A stretch of DNA of 64,000 bases from Octopus vulgaris (taxonomy: Eukaryota), in NCBI GenBank assembly GCA_951406725.2, contig OX597826.1:12028001-12092000 (forward strand). The letters run 5' to 3'. Within the stretch, counting starts at the first letter, position 1. Each line of letters starts with the position of its first letter. Below, one piece after another: positions 1-14,869 of this stretch. A program made the translations under genes and the position numbers. The notes beneath the pieces are model-generated. The model did not search any database. It worked only from the letters and a program-made list of their open reading frames with translations, and had not been told where the DNA came from.

Positions 1-460
1 TCAAGTCTTTTACGCATACGTAGAATCTCTGCATCTGAATTTTGTGTTAATCCTATTGGATGTTTTCCGTAATGTTGATTAAAAGGAAAAAGGAAATGTT
101 TATGTCTTAAGGCTACGAAGTTTTTAGAAATATTAGATTTAACATTTAAAGAAAGACATGAACGAAATAATGTTACGTCGAATTTTCTTCATTTTGAATG
201 GCGAAGATTTGCTAGCGATCGGTATGGGCCTTTGTGTGTTAGATTTATTCATGTGAACATGGCCATTAGAATATTTCTTATACATTTACAACATTACGAT
301 GATTTCAATTATCTTTCTTTTCGATCTTATATGCATGCACTCAAGACCGACTTACACATATGCATACATACAAACTCACACAAGTATATTTAAGTCTGTA
401 TATCCAGAAGCATATACATAAATACATACATACATACTAACCAATTTATATACATACATT

Positions 461-462
<2 letters not shown>

Positions 463-513
<51 letters not shown>

Positions 514-607
514 AGAGAAAGAGACATGAGAGAGAAATGAGGGAGAGAGAAAGAAAGAGAGAGTGAGAGAAAGAAGAGTGTGAGAAAGTGAGAGTTAGAG
601 AGAGAGA
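463..607. repeat. (AG)n microsatellite
   Basis: Direct reading. Confidence 0.95.
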
Positions 608-1517
608 AAAATGTACACTCATATGAATAAGTTATTTAATAGCGAAGTTAACGCGTAATGGTTTCCTTTATATTTCGGCTTTGCTTTTCAATCCCTGCCA
701 ACAGCAAAGCCTTGCTGTTTGCTTCAGAGCAGCTGTTTGAATGCAGCTGTAAGTCTTATCTCAACAGACTTATTCTGTTGGGTAGCTTAACGGAATGACT
801 GCCGACTTCAGCTCTCGTATTCATGTAGATAAAGTGTGCTTGCAATCTTTCATGCTGAAAGAATGTATTAAAGACGAAAGAACAGAAAGTTATTGATTAA
901 ATTGCAAGAAAGGCGGTATTGCTTTCTCAGATACCAACAGAAAAGCACAACAAAGTACAACGAAAGCTACCCTCAATCAATTATTTGCATCGAGACCTTT
1001 TGCATAACAATCTCTGGCGTCTCGTAAATCTAATTACATTTGAAGCCTAAATACAAAGATGCGAATAGATACAGGAAAAAACTCCGGATAGCTACAACGA
1101 TAGGTAGATATAAACAATGATTAGCTAAATAGATATAATGATAAGTAAAAAGATAAATAGATTTTAGAGAATACATTGATATAAAGATGTATGTTTATGA
1201 CAGTTTCCTTTTGTAGGTAACAGACAGGATTAGAAAATAAAATAGAAAGGTTAAATGCAGGGGATGAAATGGAAAGAAAGAAAAATCACTTGCAGATTTT
1301 ATTTTAATTATAATGTTTCTATGAGACATAAACAAAATAATATTTTCTTTTATATATATACGAGAGTAACATGGTAGGAATGAGAAAGATTTATTTGATT
1401 CAGCAGATCACAGCATTTGATTACAGCACTTGATTACTATTTTATCGAGAGCAAAGTGTGATAATAATGAAGCCATGTCAGAGATGAAGGCTCGTTTCAA
1501 TTCATTTTACACTTCAT

Positions 1518-1728
1518 ATCCGAGGGGGTGCTGGCTTTAAGGGTATTCCAAGAGGTCTGGTTTCAGGCTCCACCCTTCAGAGTTCTTTTACAGGGCTTAG
1601 AAGAACTGAAGGATCGCTGTATTAAGTGTGTGCATCTGAGAGAAGAGTATGTTGAATAAAACCATAATTAACTGATGCTCCTGTATTTCCTTTCACCCAA
1701 AGCCAGGAACGTTTCAATATTTCCTCCT
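1518..1728 (+). mobile_element. Internally deleted mariner element
   Basis: CGAGGGGGTGCTG start; LEELKDRCIKCVHLREEYVE* C-terminus. Its 3' end matches the reverse complement of the TIR-like sequence at ~30565-30612. Confidence 0.6.
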
Positions 1729-1733
1729 ACATC

Positions 1734-1924
1734 TGTTTCTTTATTAACCACAAGGGGATAAACATAGAGGGGACAAACAAGGACATACAAACGGATTAAG
1801 TCGATTATATCGACCCCAGTGCGTAACTGGTACTTAATCTATTGACCCCGAATGGATGAAAGGCAAAGTCGACCTCGGCGGAATTTGAACTCAGAACGTT
1901 ACGGCAGACGAAATACGGCTACGC
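1734..1924 (-). mobile_element. SINE family B, 5'-truncated, with 15-bp TSD
   Basis: Matches other family B copies; ATTTCCTCCTACATC at 1719-1733 and 1925-1939. Confidence 0.9.
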
Positions 1925-2221
1925 ATTTCCTCCTACATCATCTTCCTGTGAATTGAGGCTATAGTTGATTGCCCGAAGGCAAAGTTAGCAATGGAGGTAA
2001 CCTGTGCTGGACACGCTAACCAAAATCGAATTTTCCATTACTACGCCTGAAAATTCTTATTTGGTGCTACGTGGCATTCCTCTTTTGAAATTATTAACTC
2101 TGGATGTTTGACATCTAAAATAGGCATCAGGTCCAGTTGCAGCAAGGAAATTGAAGTATGGGACATATACACTGCCGTTTAATTTTGCCCCTAACTTATG
2201 TATGACAGCTATAGTTAACTT

Positions 2222-2400
2222 TTATCTTTTACTTTTTACTTCTTTCACTTATTAGGTTGCGGCCATTCTGGAGCAGTACATAATTTTTTTGAAGCCTATC
2301 GGGTCTTTTTGCCTGACTGATAAGTTACGGGGATGTAAACACACTAGCACAAATAAAAGTTGAGGAGGTGGGACAAACACAGCTTCAAAGACACACACAC
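2222..2400 (-). mobile_element. SINE family A 3' fragment (diverged)
   Basis: Resembles the reverse complement of the family A tail. Confidence 0.6.
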
Positions 2401-2427
2401 ACAGACACAGACAGACAGACAGACACA

Positions 2428-2472
<45 letters not shown>

Positions 2473-2474
<2 letters not shown>

Positions 2475-2660
2475 GGTCCTCGGATCGCTTACCGAAAACG
2501 ACTTCCAGGCCGGATTCCAAAACTGGCAGGAACGCTGGGAGCGGTGTATTGCTGTGCAAAGTGACTATTTCGAAGGAAGGGATGTTAAAACTTAGGTAAA
2601 AAAAGTTGTTTTTTTTATTAAACATAACTAGTCTAGGAACTTGTTGATACCACCTCGTAG
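2473..2660 (+). mobile_element. mariner transposase 3' fragment with TIR
   Basis: DFQAGFQNWQERWERCIAVQSDYFEG C-terminal motif; ends ...CACCTCG-TA. Confidence 0.75.
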
Positions 2661-2703
2661 ATACTCTTATACAAACATACATACATACATATATATACAT
2701 ATA

Positions 2704-3320
2704 TAATTGGTGCATTATCATCCTGAAAGATTGTGCTTACCTCCGGAAACCGTTCCGCAACGATAGGATGAATTTGATCAGATAAAATGCTTAAATAGTC
2801 TTGACTCTTAATTCTGACATAAAAGGAAACCATCGGGGTAGCAGATTTCCAAGATATAGCCTTCGCCCCAGATCATCACAGATCTTCCTCCATGTTTAAA
2901 AGTTGGAAGAAGTTAGTCTGGGTCAAATGCTTCTTTTGGCTGTCTCCACACGTATACTCAGCCAGTGGTAGGAAATAAGGTAAAAAATTTTACAAAGGCT
3001 GTCATTACTTCCGAGACAGTACTTCTTGATACACCAAACATTTCAACCATTTTCGTTACGCAAGCGCCTGCCATACGAGCACCAACAATTTGACCTCTTT
3101 GAAAGTTGGATAGATCTGTCATTTTAATGAATTTTAATTACCTTTTTCTGATGATATCTGAAAAAAATAACAGCAATTTTAGCAAAACATATAAAGCAAC
3201 ACTAATAAAAAATAAAAATAAGCATAAAAATAAACAAGCTTTTGACGGTTTTACAGATATTTCAAAATTGTGATGCTATGATGCCAGTTGTTTCCATTGT
3301 TTTGTCCAACCCTGTATATA
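2704..3320 (-). mobile_element. Tc1-family transposon remnant
   Basis: MTDLSNFQRGQIVGARMAGA...GVSRSTVS HTH; IFQDDNAPI DDE motif; TIR-like end TA-CAGGGTTGGACAAAA. Confidence 0.85.
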
Positions 3321-3634
3321 CTGTGTAGGTCTATGCACCAATGCGCACATACATATGCATATATATGCATTGGCATACATATACATAGAACCATTTGCAG
3401 CTTTCAAAAACCCTACATTACTACACTGTATTTCTTTCCAATGCAACACACATGCACGAAACACATATGCTATGGTAAATGTATTTTCTGGGATTGGTGA
3501 AAGCATACACATTGTGAAACTAGAATTAATGATGTAAATTTATGCTTGATCGTTTTCTTTCATTGAAATACAAAATTGAGAACCACCGCTTTATTCATAT
3601 AATTCTATGTGTATCTTACGTAAATTTGTCTTAG

Positions 3635-3774
3635 ATTGCAGCTTGAAATAAAAGAATACTGTAATGACGATTACTACGGTTCAACATGCGATGTCCATTG
3701 TATAGAACGAGATGATGACGATGGCGGCCATTATACATGTGATAAACATTCAGGAAAGAAAATCTGTAATCCAG
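3635..3774 (+). CDS. Exon A of Delta/DSL-EGF Notch-ligand-like gene (most of the DSL domain); upstream exons not identified in window
   Basis: ttag|A...CCAG|gtaagc. Translates LQLEIKEYCNDDYYGSTCDVHCIERDDDDGGHYTCDKHSGKKICNP(G), matching the DSL pattern C..YYG..C...C..RDD..GHYTC...G.K.C..GW.G..C. Phase-1 donor. Confidence 0.92.
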
Positions 3775-3800
3775 GTAAGCGAGAGAGAAAAAGAAGGGTA

Positions 3801-3831
<31 letters not shown>

Positions 3832-4226
3832 AAGAAAGAAAGAAAGAATGAAAGAGAGAAGATGTGAGCTAGTAGTAGAATTCAATAACTATTCAAATTT
3901 CATTATCTATTCTGTATTCAATTTAGTTTTCATTCAGTAACAAAGAATCCTTATTGAACATTTTTATACATGTTGTTTAATTTATATATCATAATCTATG
4001 TGTTTCTGATAAAAATTGATGACTCCCGTTGAGTGATAGAGATATTCCTTCGTGATATCATTCAATAATAAATCCAGTTTCGGTTTACGGGAGAAACAGT
4101 TACATTTTAACCAGGTCGTTAATGATCAATTTGAAGACAAATTTATCACACTATCCATAAATCTTGATATCTAACAGTTATATGATAAAACGATATGTGC
4201 ATTGTGAACCTGGGTAATGAATATGA

Positions 4227-4375
4227 TCCGCCGAGGTCGACTTTGCCTTTCATCCTTTCGGGGTCGATAAATTAAGTACCAGTTACGCACTGGGGTCGAG
4301 GTAATCGACTTAATCCGTTTGTCTGTCCTTGTTTGTCCTCTTTATGTTTAGCCCCTTGTGGGTAGTAAAGAAACA
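4227..4375 (+). mobile_element. SINE family B fragment
   Basis: CCGCCGAGGTCGACTTTGCCTTTCATCCTTTCGGGGTCGATAAATTAAGTACC core. Confidence 0.9.
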
Positions 4376-5394
4376 GAATATGATGACATGCATATTTTTT
4401 CTTAATACTTTTCGGTAGATTAGAACGTGAATAACCTAATCGGTTTTCAGAAATCAGAAGACAATACAAATCATTTGTTTACTAAATCCTATGAACAAAG
4501 CCAAAGACTCTTGTTAAATTCATCAACCCGCTTTCGATTTGGTCTAGGAGTCACACAACAAGGTCGAAACACTAGTGTATCCTTAACCTAACGAAGAGAG
4601 TGAGTCATGAATACATAGTCGTCAAAAAAAGAGTTAAAAAGTTGTTAGATAATGACGAAATACAACAGCGATGAGCATACCCGGGTTCGAATCTATCTAA
4701 CGTATAAGGAATGAAATTCTGCCATCGGAGCATCTATCCGATATATCTTAAAGTTATAAGATACGCCCTATATCATGAATATAGAAATTCGACTTCAAAA
4801 TCCGTGTTGTTTAAATACACTACCCTTAAAACATATGCTATTCATTTTATATAGCAATTTTATGCTAGTGTCTACGTTACCATCATCAAATGAATTGTAT
4901 ATCCTACTTTAGCCGCTATGATAGAATTATATCATTTTGTGTAATGTTTTGACAGCTGTACTACAATAGCTGTCATACAATTTAGATTTATCTTTCTAGA
5001 CAATCGTAATGACAGGATATGTAGCGATATTTTCGTATGAGGAATTGGTTATTTAGTATGACTAGAAATGTGTGAACTTCATATAATTCATAGTAAGTGT
5101 GAACTTGGCAATGTAAACAAAATGACTCCGTTTAAGATAAAATAACGCATATTTCTCGACGATGAACAACCGCACGTTTTATTAGTACATATGGCAAAAC
5201 GGTAAACCTACACTGCGATATGGAAATGGTAGCTAATGGCCTCGAGAAATGGTTGGAGCTAGCAGTATCGTTTAACGTTGGCTGAAATATAGGAATTTAC
5301 TATGGATTATTGTATGCATATGTATCTCGTCCCATACTTTCAGGATTATCGACTGAATAGCATAACTCATGTTAAAAGTTAGCATACATAGCAT

Positions 5395-5760
5395 AGGCGT
5401 AGGAGTGGCTGTGTGGTAAGTAGGTTGTTTACCAACCACACGGTTCTGGGTTCAGTCCCACTGCGTAGCACCTTGGGCAAGTGTCTTCTACTATAGCCTC
5501 GGGCCGACCAAAGCCTTGTGAGTGGATTTGGTAGGCGGAAACTGAAAGAAGCCCGTCGTATATATGTATATATATGTATATGTATGTGTGTGCATATGTT
5601 TGTCTGCGTTTGTCCCCCCAACATCGCTTGACAACCGACGCAAGAGACCGATAGAATAAGTACTAGGCTTACAAAGAATGAGTCCTGGGGTTGATTTGCT
5701 CGACTAAAGGCGGTGCTCCAGCATGACCACAGTCAAATGACTGAAACAAGTAAAAGTTAA
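5395..5760 (+). mobile_element. tRNA-derived SINE family A with internal microsatellite
   Basis: A-box TGGCTGTGTGGTAAG, B-box GGTTCAGTCCC, tail GACTGAAACAAGTAAAAG. Confidence 0.92.
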
Positions 5761-6483
5761 AAAAAAGTACATGTTAGCAAAATTTTCTTCTAAAACTAAA
5801 CAGAAATACATTTTCTGATGTATGAATATGTATTCGACTATACAGAGCAATCCAACGTTATAGTACTATCTGATAAACGAATATCTTGAATTATATAGAG
5901 GCTTCAGGAACGAAGATCACATATTTGGATATTTTGCATAAAGGTAACTGAATGATAAATGTTTACTGTTAGATATCTCAAAAACTAGATATCTCAAAAG
6001 AACTGTTTGTTACATGAAAGTTTGAATCATAAACATTTTCCTCCTGAATATTGTATGCATTGTGTGTTGAGATATTGCAGAAAAATATATTTCCCGATAG
6101 ACTTTCTGTATATACAGATATGTACATACAAAACTTTTTACATACACACATAGACACATATAGGCACACAGCGACACATTCATATGAGCACTTTTTGTTT
6201 AATTTGTGTTAGAAAAACATAAAAGTGCTCTATGTACATTTTTCTTAGAAGTGCGTAAAGTCTGCTCAATATTTATTCATATCTAAATCAAACAAGCTTA
6301 CAATGTAATCCTGTTTACTGCTTCTGTATCAGTTGTAGATTTGGCAAATAAAGAACGGGAAAAAATATGTTACCCACAAAAGAGCATATGAATTGATTGT
6401 TCATCATGGCTTGGAATATTTTGTAAAAAAATTTACGTATGCTACACACTTTATATTCATATATGCATAACTAATTCTACAAT

Positions 6484-6797
6484 AGGCACAGAAGTGGCTG
6501 TGTGGTAAGTAGCTTGCTTACCAACCACATGGTTCCGGGTTCAGTCCCACTGCGTGGCACCTTGGGCAAGTGCCTTCTACTATAGCCTCGGGCATATATA
6601 TGTATATATATATATATACATACTTTACTTTTTATCCGGGGTTTTGACGAAAGTTTAAGTTAGGCTTCCCAAACACATGGTTCCAGGTTCAGTCCCATTG
6701 CGTAGCAGCTTGGTCAAGTATCTTTTACTATAGCCTCGGGCCGACCAAGGTCTTGTGAGTGGATCTGGTAGATGGAAACTGAAAGAAGCCTGTCGTA

Positions 6798-6852
<55 letters not shown>

Positions 6853-7030
6853 GCCCTCCATCACCTCTTGACAACCTGTGTTGGAGTGTCTATATCTCCG
6901 TAACTTTGCGGTTCAGCAAAAGAGACTGATAGCATAAGTGCTAGACTTCAAAAAATGCCCTGTGGTCGATTGGATTGTTCAAGGTGGTACCCCTGCATGG
7001 CCACAGTAAATAACTGAAACAAAATTTAAA
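6484..7030 (+). mobile_element. Two SINE family A copies (5' fragment + diverged copy)
   Basis: Head at 6484-6593; second copy ~6660-7030. Confidence 0.85.
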
Positions 7031-7634
7031 AAAGAAATGATGGATTGGAACTGTTCTGTCCTCTCACCGAGTGCCATATCACAAACTAAGATCTGTGTTT
7101 TAACCACACGGTCTACCTCATGTCAGGCTTCTCAGTGAAAACCACAGACTGTACTTTATGAGGGGTCAAAGCATACTCCATTACCTGCTGCTAGCTACTT
7201 GTAACCCATTTATACATGTTCATTATCGGTGGAGTGTGGTCGTTGACCAACCCGGTTCGCCATAGAAGTTTTGCAGATTGAGATTGCTCCAATTGGTTGA
7301 TGGGGACCTGCTACTGATAACCAGTCAATCCGTTTATAGCCGACGATTAAACCAATCTCTTACTCAGCTTGTCCTGTGTGAAGAGTGTGTGGACACATAG
7401 CAGGATTTTAAGACTCACATAAAATCTATCAAATGCGGATGGGTTCTTTGAGAGTCAAACACTACAGATCTGGAGAGAATTAAAAGGCAAGCTAACAAAA
7501 TATGTTAATACATGATCAGTAAAAAATATACAAAATCGAGAAAAATAATTAAATAGCGAAATTCAATGGAAAATCCCTTAACATAGCTATTTTCACATTG
7601 CAGTTAAAAATAAATTTACTAAACTCTTGTATAA

Positions 7635-7889
7635 ATGTATGGATGTATGTATGTACGTATGTAAGTATGTACGTATGTAAGTATGTATGTATATATGTAT
7701 GTACGTACGTATGTATGTATGTATGTATGTATGTATGTATGTATGTATGTATGTATGTATGTATGTATGTATGTGAGTATGTATGTATGTAAATATGCAT
7801 TTATGTATGTATGTATGCATGTATGTATGTATGTATGTATGTAAGTATGTATGTATGCATGTATGTATGTAAGTATGTAAGTATGTATG

Positions 7890-7923
<34 letters not shown>

Positions 7924-7965
7924 TGTATATGTATGTATGTATGTATATGTAAGTATGTATGTATG

Positions 7966-8000
<35 letters not shown>

Positions 8001-8200
8001 GTATGTATGTATGCATGTATGTATGTAAGTAAGTATGTATGTATGTATGTATGTATGTAAGTCTGTATGTATATATGTATTTAAGTATGTATGTATGTAT
8101 GTATGTTTGCATATATGTATGTATATTAGTATGTATGTTACTATATGTATTAGTATGTATCTATATCTATTAGTATGTATGTATCTTATGTACATGTATG
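7635..8200. repeat. (TATG)n microsatellite tract
   Basis: Direct reading. Confidence 0.95.
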
Positions 8201-8789
8201 ATTACATGCATAAACCCCAAATAGTTATTTTAAGCATTATTGTAGAGGCTTCCATAGATTGCAGTTTATTTTACACTGAGCTTATAAATTATAAAGGAGG
8301 AAAACCGTTGTGGCATTTGTGATTTATCTATAAATATTTATACATATATATTCATGATTACTGCCAGTCACCACTGCTAAAACTGTTAAGAGCGTCGAAC
8401 AAAATAACACTTGTGTTTTTTTTTGTTTACTACTCTTAGAGTTCTATCTTTAAATTTTGCTTATGTCTACCTTATCGTTTCTCTACTAAAATCTTTAAGC
8501 ACCTGTCAATTTAATCAGTATATCTTACCAGAGCCTCGAAGGTGTTGCTTCCTATTGACTACAGTCCAATGACTGAAGTAAATAACAGTTTGTAATAGCA
8601 GTCAAATTTCTCTCAGACTACACCTTACAGTATAGAAAATGTAAGGACAAATTGAATGAGGTAGTTATGTGTACACGATTTCTGAAACGGAAGTCAAGAT
8701 TTTCATGTGTTGAATAGCTCAATACAAGTCGACTCTGGGTTAAATAATGGTTTCTTTCTTAGGCACAAAACCATCACGTTTCAAGGGGA

Positions 8790-9170
8790 AGGTATTAGTC
8801 GAAGACATGGACTTTAGTAACTAACTGGTATTTTATTTTATCTACCTGAAAACGATGAAAGGCAAAACTGATCTCCAGAGGGTTTGAACTCAGAACGTAA
8901 AGAGGCGAAAGAAATACCACGAGGCATCTTGACTTGAGTTTAAGTAATTCTTTCAAAATTTTGCATAAAGCCAGCAGTTTCGAAGTGATGGAGAAATCAA
9001 TAACATTGATCACCACATTCGACTGGTATTTTATATTATCGGCCCCAAAATGATAAAAGGTAAAGCTCACCTCGGCGGGATTTGAACTCAGAACATGAAG
9101 AGCCGGTAGAAATGCCACTAGGCATTTTGACCGAAGTGCTAACCACTCTGCCAACTCGCCCTCTTCTTGG
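8790..9170 (-). mobile_element. Diverged SINE family B dimer
   Basis: Two degenerate copies of the family B core. Confidence 0.7.
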
Positions 9171-10845
9171 AACTAAATAACGATTTCCTAAACACCTTAC
9201 ATGCAAGTCATGAGACAGCCAGGGAGACTCTAGACAGTCAGAGGATCTGCTAGAAATAGCAGTCAATTTGTTAGCGAATCAATACGTACGAACAGAAAAG
9301 CCGAAAAGACACAACCTGTACTTCTAGGTTAATAAGATGAGATATTTATACCTGGAACGTTTCAGGTCGTAACGCTACTCAAAGGTGGACTTTGGTTAAC
9401 AACAACAACAACAACCACATTGGTCATATCTTATTGATCATAGAGCAATACAATATGTAACTAATATCACATGACCGATATTTGGTGCAGCAAGGTTGTT
9501 GTCTCGCAATAACATTTCAACTTCAATACAAGAAATAGTTCTTCACATTTAGTCATATATTACAAAATGAAAAAAAAAATCCAAATTGCAGATTCGATTA
9601 TAGTTCAGAGTGAGGTGAAGAAACTTCATGTCACGGACTTTTTTCTGATTCCTTGACTTCCCTCAAACAAAAATATTTCATGACGCCATGCTATTTGGAT
9701 AACAAATTTATGTATGCTTATTGCTAAATTTCATAGTCAAGGGACTTAAGAGCTCGGCGTACTCTCAAGAAATATCGAGCTCAAATCTACTGAGTGACAT
9801 ATAGCGCATGCCTTTACATATATGAACTCAAGAAGTCTCAAGCAACGAGTTCATGTTAGGAGGCCTTTGAGGTGGGATGTGACGTTATCTGACAAGATCC
9901 GAATAGTGGTACGCTGATTTTATATAAAATTACATTAAAGTTTCTAGCTGTGGAAAGTTCAAGAGTCTTCATACCTTTCCATCTCACCCCTCTTTCTCTC
10001 ATTCTCTTTATCTCACGTCCATTCTTTCTCTCTCTCTCTCTCTCTCTCTCGCTCTTTATTTATATGTGTGTGTGTGTATAAGTGCCTGAAATCTATATCT
10101 ATTTTAATTCTCGGCCTGAAGAACCGCTAATAAGAGATGCCTTACGTGTCATTTTATGCATGTGTACCCATATAAATCGTATTAGTAACGAAACATTTGT
10201 AATGAGGAATGAATAACAACAAAAGTTTTCCAGTTCTCTATTTTGATATGTATATATAATATAATAAATTATATAACATATATATATGCATGTGTGTGCG
10301 CGTATGCGTATGCGTATGCGTGTGTGTGTCTGTGTTAATGTATAGACTTACACATACACATACCTATATGCATGTATAAATATATACACATAAAAGATAT
10401 GTACATGTTGCCTGCTGTTTTATTTTTACTACTCTGATATTAAATTTTATGTGGCTTTCCTACAGTTACTTGACGCCTTCCAGAGCTCCATTACGGTGGG
10501 GGTATCGTCTCCATATATGGGGTTTGTGGTATGTTAATGATTTAGGACCACTTTGATCCCTGTTGTCACCATAAAGAACAAAGCATGAGCCCTAAGTTGA
10601 AAACAATAGGTACTTTATATTTTTGATTATACATTTTTGCATTTTAGACAGCGAAAGAAAGCTTCTCTTGTATACTGCGACATGACAGCTAATGTATTAA
10701 AGAATTTACAACATTTATGTATTTTATTCTGAAACCAGAAATAATACTGCGTTACACATGGGCTTACAATTATGTGTGGCGATAGGAAATCTGGTGTAGA
10801 AAAAACAACAAACAAAGTAGTAACCAAATGTATGTATACATACAT

Positions 10846-10847
10846 AC

Positions 10848-10934
<87 letters not shown>

Positions 10935-10974
10935 ATCTATCTAATCTATCTAATCTATCTAATCTATCTATCTG

Positions 10975-11030
<56 letters not shown>

Positions 11031-11031
11031 C

Positions 11032-11088
<57 letters not shown>

Positions 11089-11101
11089 CCTATCTACATA
11101 C

Positions 11102-11184
<83 letters not shown>

Positions 11185-11703
11185 CCTATCTATCTATCTA
11201 TCTACCTATCTATCTATCTATCTATCTATCTCTCTATTTATTTTTCTATCTATCTATCCATCCCATTCTCTCCCTCTCTCTTTCTGCCCCGTCTCTCTCT
11301 CCCTTCATCCCTCTCTCTCTCTCTATATATATATCTATATATATATAAGTTCTTGCATTGATTGCATTTCCCTAACTACTGTATTCTATGCGACGTTGTT
11401 ATAAAGCCAGGTAGACGAGAAATAACAAAGCAATCGATATGCTGCAGATTTATATGTGCATATGTATTATTGAATGCAGAGACATGGAATTATGGGATGA
11501 ACAATACAATGACTATGATGCAACCTATTGCAGATAAGACGGGGGTAATAAATCACGATAGCATAGCGGCAGAGCATTTTGATGAGAGATATCATGTGTG
11601 CAGAGATTTGCACACACACACACGAACACATACACACTAATAGACATACATACATGCACACCACACACACACATACAGAGACAAACACACATACCCGTAC
11701 AAG

Positions 11704-11738
<35 letters not shown>

Positions 11739-11861
11739 ATATATACATATGTATATAAATATATATGCATATACATATTTGCATTATATATATACTTCTA
11801 TGTATGTATATTTGTGTGAATATAACCATATATATAAACATAAATATAAACATAAATATCT

Positions 11862-11930
<69 letters not shown>

Positions 11931-11940
11931 TGTATGTCCA

Positions 11941-12020
<80 letters not shown>

Positions 12021-12036
12021 TATACATATCCATATA

Positions 12037-12087
<51 letters not shown>

Positions 12088-12789
12088 TCATATATATATG
12101 TGTAGATATATATATATATATGTATGTTCATATATATATGTGTAGATATATATATATATATATTTACTTATTTATTTCACACGCACATTTATCATAGATA
12201 GCAGTATTTACTGTGATATCTCACACTTTCACCATAAACGTGCATTAAGTGATCCAAAGGATTCTTTGCAAGTAAGGACATCAATATTATATGCAGCCAT
12301 GCGCGCGTCCGCACACCAGTGCTCTCACACACTTGCACATTCGCGCACGCACACACGCATACATGTACATACTCACACGCACACACGCGGGGATTCATTA
12401 GTGGCCTTACCACGCTTATGATATGTTTATGATATCAGTGTATTTCAAAGGGATGTTCAGTGCCGATATGCTTCTATGTATGTATGTACGTATGTATGCA
12501 TGCATGCATGTATGCATGTATGTATGTTTTTATGCATGTATGTATGCATGCATCCATGTATGTAAACGGTGTATGTATGCATGCGTTTATGCATCTATGT
12601 GTGTCTGTGTTTATAGTTATGCATGTAAAACGCATTGATTCATTGCATATCCTTTCATATATATGTATATATATATATATATATATATGTTACTTTTAAA
12701 CACAGTTGTCTTATTTACATATATGCACACGTGTATACACACATGCACCAACACATATGCACCAATACGTATGCACACGGGCACACACA

Positions 12790-12854
<65 letters not shown>

Positions 12855-12872
12855 GTCTGTCTGTCTGTCTAA

Positions 12873-12903
<31 letters not shown>

Positions 12904-12932
12904 CCTACCTACCTACCTACCTACCTACCTAC

Positions 12933-12998
<66 letters not shown>

Positions 12999-13015
12999 GT
13001 TTGTCTGTCTGTCTC
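10846..13015. repeat. Compound microsatellite region: (TATC)n, (TA)n, (TATG)n, (TGTC)n
   Basis: Direct reading; source of many spurious ORFs. Confidence 0.9.
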
Positions 13016-13489
13016 TTTCTATATGAATTCATGGAATGCCAAGGGAATAAGAATTACACAGGCATTTCTATTAGAGATTTTTATCACCTGGATTATCTGC
13101 ATTCTTCATGGCTTATAGTCTAGCTTACCCCGTTGGTTATCTTGGATACCAAACCAGAAAGTCCTTCTGCGTAAATACGCACATGCCCATTAGTTGTCAA
13201 CTCGTCCTCAAGTGTGATATCTTAGTATTTCTTCTTAAGCCTTTTTTTCGTGCATGACTTCAAAATAATTAATCATGTTCACTTCCGACTTCATCACTTT
13301 GCCACAAATTGTACTGAGGTTACTGTATTTACTTCATACCATGATGCACTCTCGTGTGACTCTTCAACCCAGCCAGAGAAAGACAGATTCTTCACACACT
13401 ATGGACAAATAAACGACTTGTGTTTCTAATGTAACCCTACTTGATAGTGTACCAACATAAACATTTACTTAAACTAAGGTCTATAATAA

Positions 13490-13905
13490 AGCTGCGAGCT
13501 GGCAGAAGCGTTAGCACGACGGGCGAAATGCTGAGCGGTACTTCGTCTGCCGCTACGTTCTGAGTTTAAATTCCGCCGAGGTCGACTTTACCTTTCATCC
13601 TTTCGGGGTCGATTAAATAAGTACCAGTTACGTACTGGGGTCGATATAATCGACTTAATCCGTTTGTCTGTCCTTGTTTGTCCTCTCTGTGTTTAGCCCC
13701 TTGTGGGTAGTAAAGAAATAAGTATTTCGTCCGCCGTTACGTTCTGAGTTCAAATTCCGCCGAGCTCGACTTTGCCTTTCATCCTTTCGGGGTCGATAAA
13801 TTAAGGACCAGTTACGCACTGGGGTCGATATAATCGACTTAATCCGTTTGTCTGTCCTTGTTTGTCCTCTCCGTGTTTGGACCCTTGTGGGCAGTAAAGA
13901 AATAG
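13490..13905 (+). mobile_element. SINE family B, tandem dimer
   Basis: Head GCGAGCTGGCAGAAGCGTTAGCA, B-box-like GAGTTCAAATTCC, ~186-bp unit repeated twice. Confidence 0.92.
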
Positions 13906-13979
13906 GTAATGGCTTTTAATGAAACCGTGTTCAATATGTTTCTCCAATATGATGCGTCAACTTAATGATAACATGCTGG

Positions 13980-14800
13980 CTAGAGTTAAAAGGATTGGAA
14001 AGATATTTGAGCCATACCCTGTCGCTAATTGGGAGACTAGAATTGTTTCTTTGACACCTACCACTTTTCACTATCGTGTTTTCTGTCATGTTGCAAACGC
14101 CTTTAGAAACACCACCTACTGGAACTGATACGAATTATAGACATGATGGAAACTTTCCCAATCTACACAGAATTCAACAAATCCTTATTTCTATCAACAA
14201 CTGTTTGTAGCCGCTTGTGCACCCACAACTGCAAGTACTTGTTGATCAAATTTCAAAGCCTACAACAATTCTGGTTTTGATATTAGCACTGCAAAAACAT
14301 GAGTACATCATCAATCTGCCCTACAGCACGAAAAATCTATAACTACTGGAACAAAATTAAATGCAATTTTGAATATTTTATAACTATGCTATGTGCAAAT
14401 CGATGCTGTTGTGTCATCAAGTATTGACAAGGAGAGCGCCTGATTTGGGGCCTTGAGAGTGAAACAATCAAAGTATTTACGTTGATAAAAAATTAAGGCT
14501 TATAATACTGCCTTCTTCCGTCTTTCCATTTCCACTCTACGGTGCTAGAACTTGCAAAGTGTACTTATCACATTCATGAAATCTAAGTATTTCCATAAAT
14601 CATATCTATGGAATAATCAAAGCTCAATTTGGAAAGATATATAATAGACAGGTAGGTGTGACAGAGTATCCGATTTGTTTCCTAAGGTCCAGGAGATCCA
14701 GCTCTGCTGGGATGGGCATATTGTGAGAGTGAATGATTCAACATTACCAAGATTTATTCGAAGCTTCCAGACGGAGGTGTAGTGTTGGTGCACACTTTAT
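13980..14800 (+). mobile_element. Highly degenerate RTE-clade LINE RT fragment
   Basis: FSKAYNNSGFDISTAKT and QLCWDGHIVRVND..LPR resemble RTE RT motifs; many stops. Confidence 0.55.
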
Positions 14801-14869
14801 TGAGAAATGATTCCTATATGGACTGAAATATAACCGAAAATATTTGTGCGATCACCCAATATTTATGAG

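Noticed and set aside
5395-5470. tRNA genes at SINE heads (also 21651, 23890)
   Set aside because: A/B boxes only, no full cloverleaf, continuous with SINE bodies.
7549-13123. Long ORFs of YIYI/HTHT/LSIY/CVCV (also throughout the window)
   Set aside because: Translations of stop-free microsatellites.
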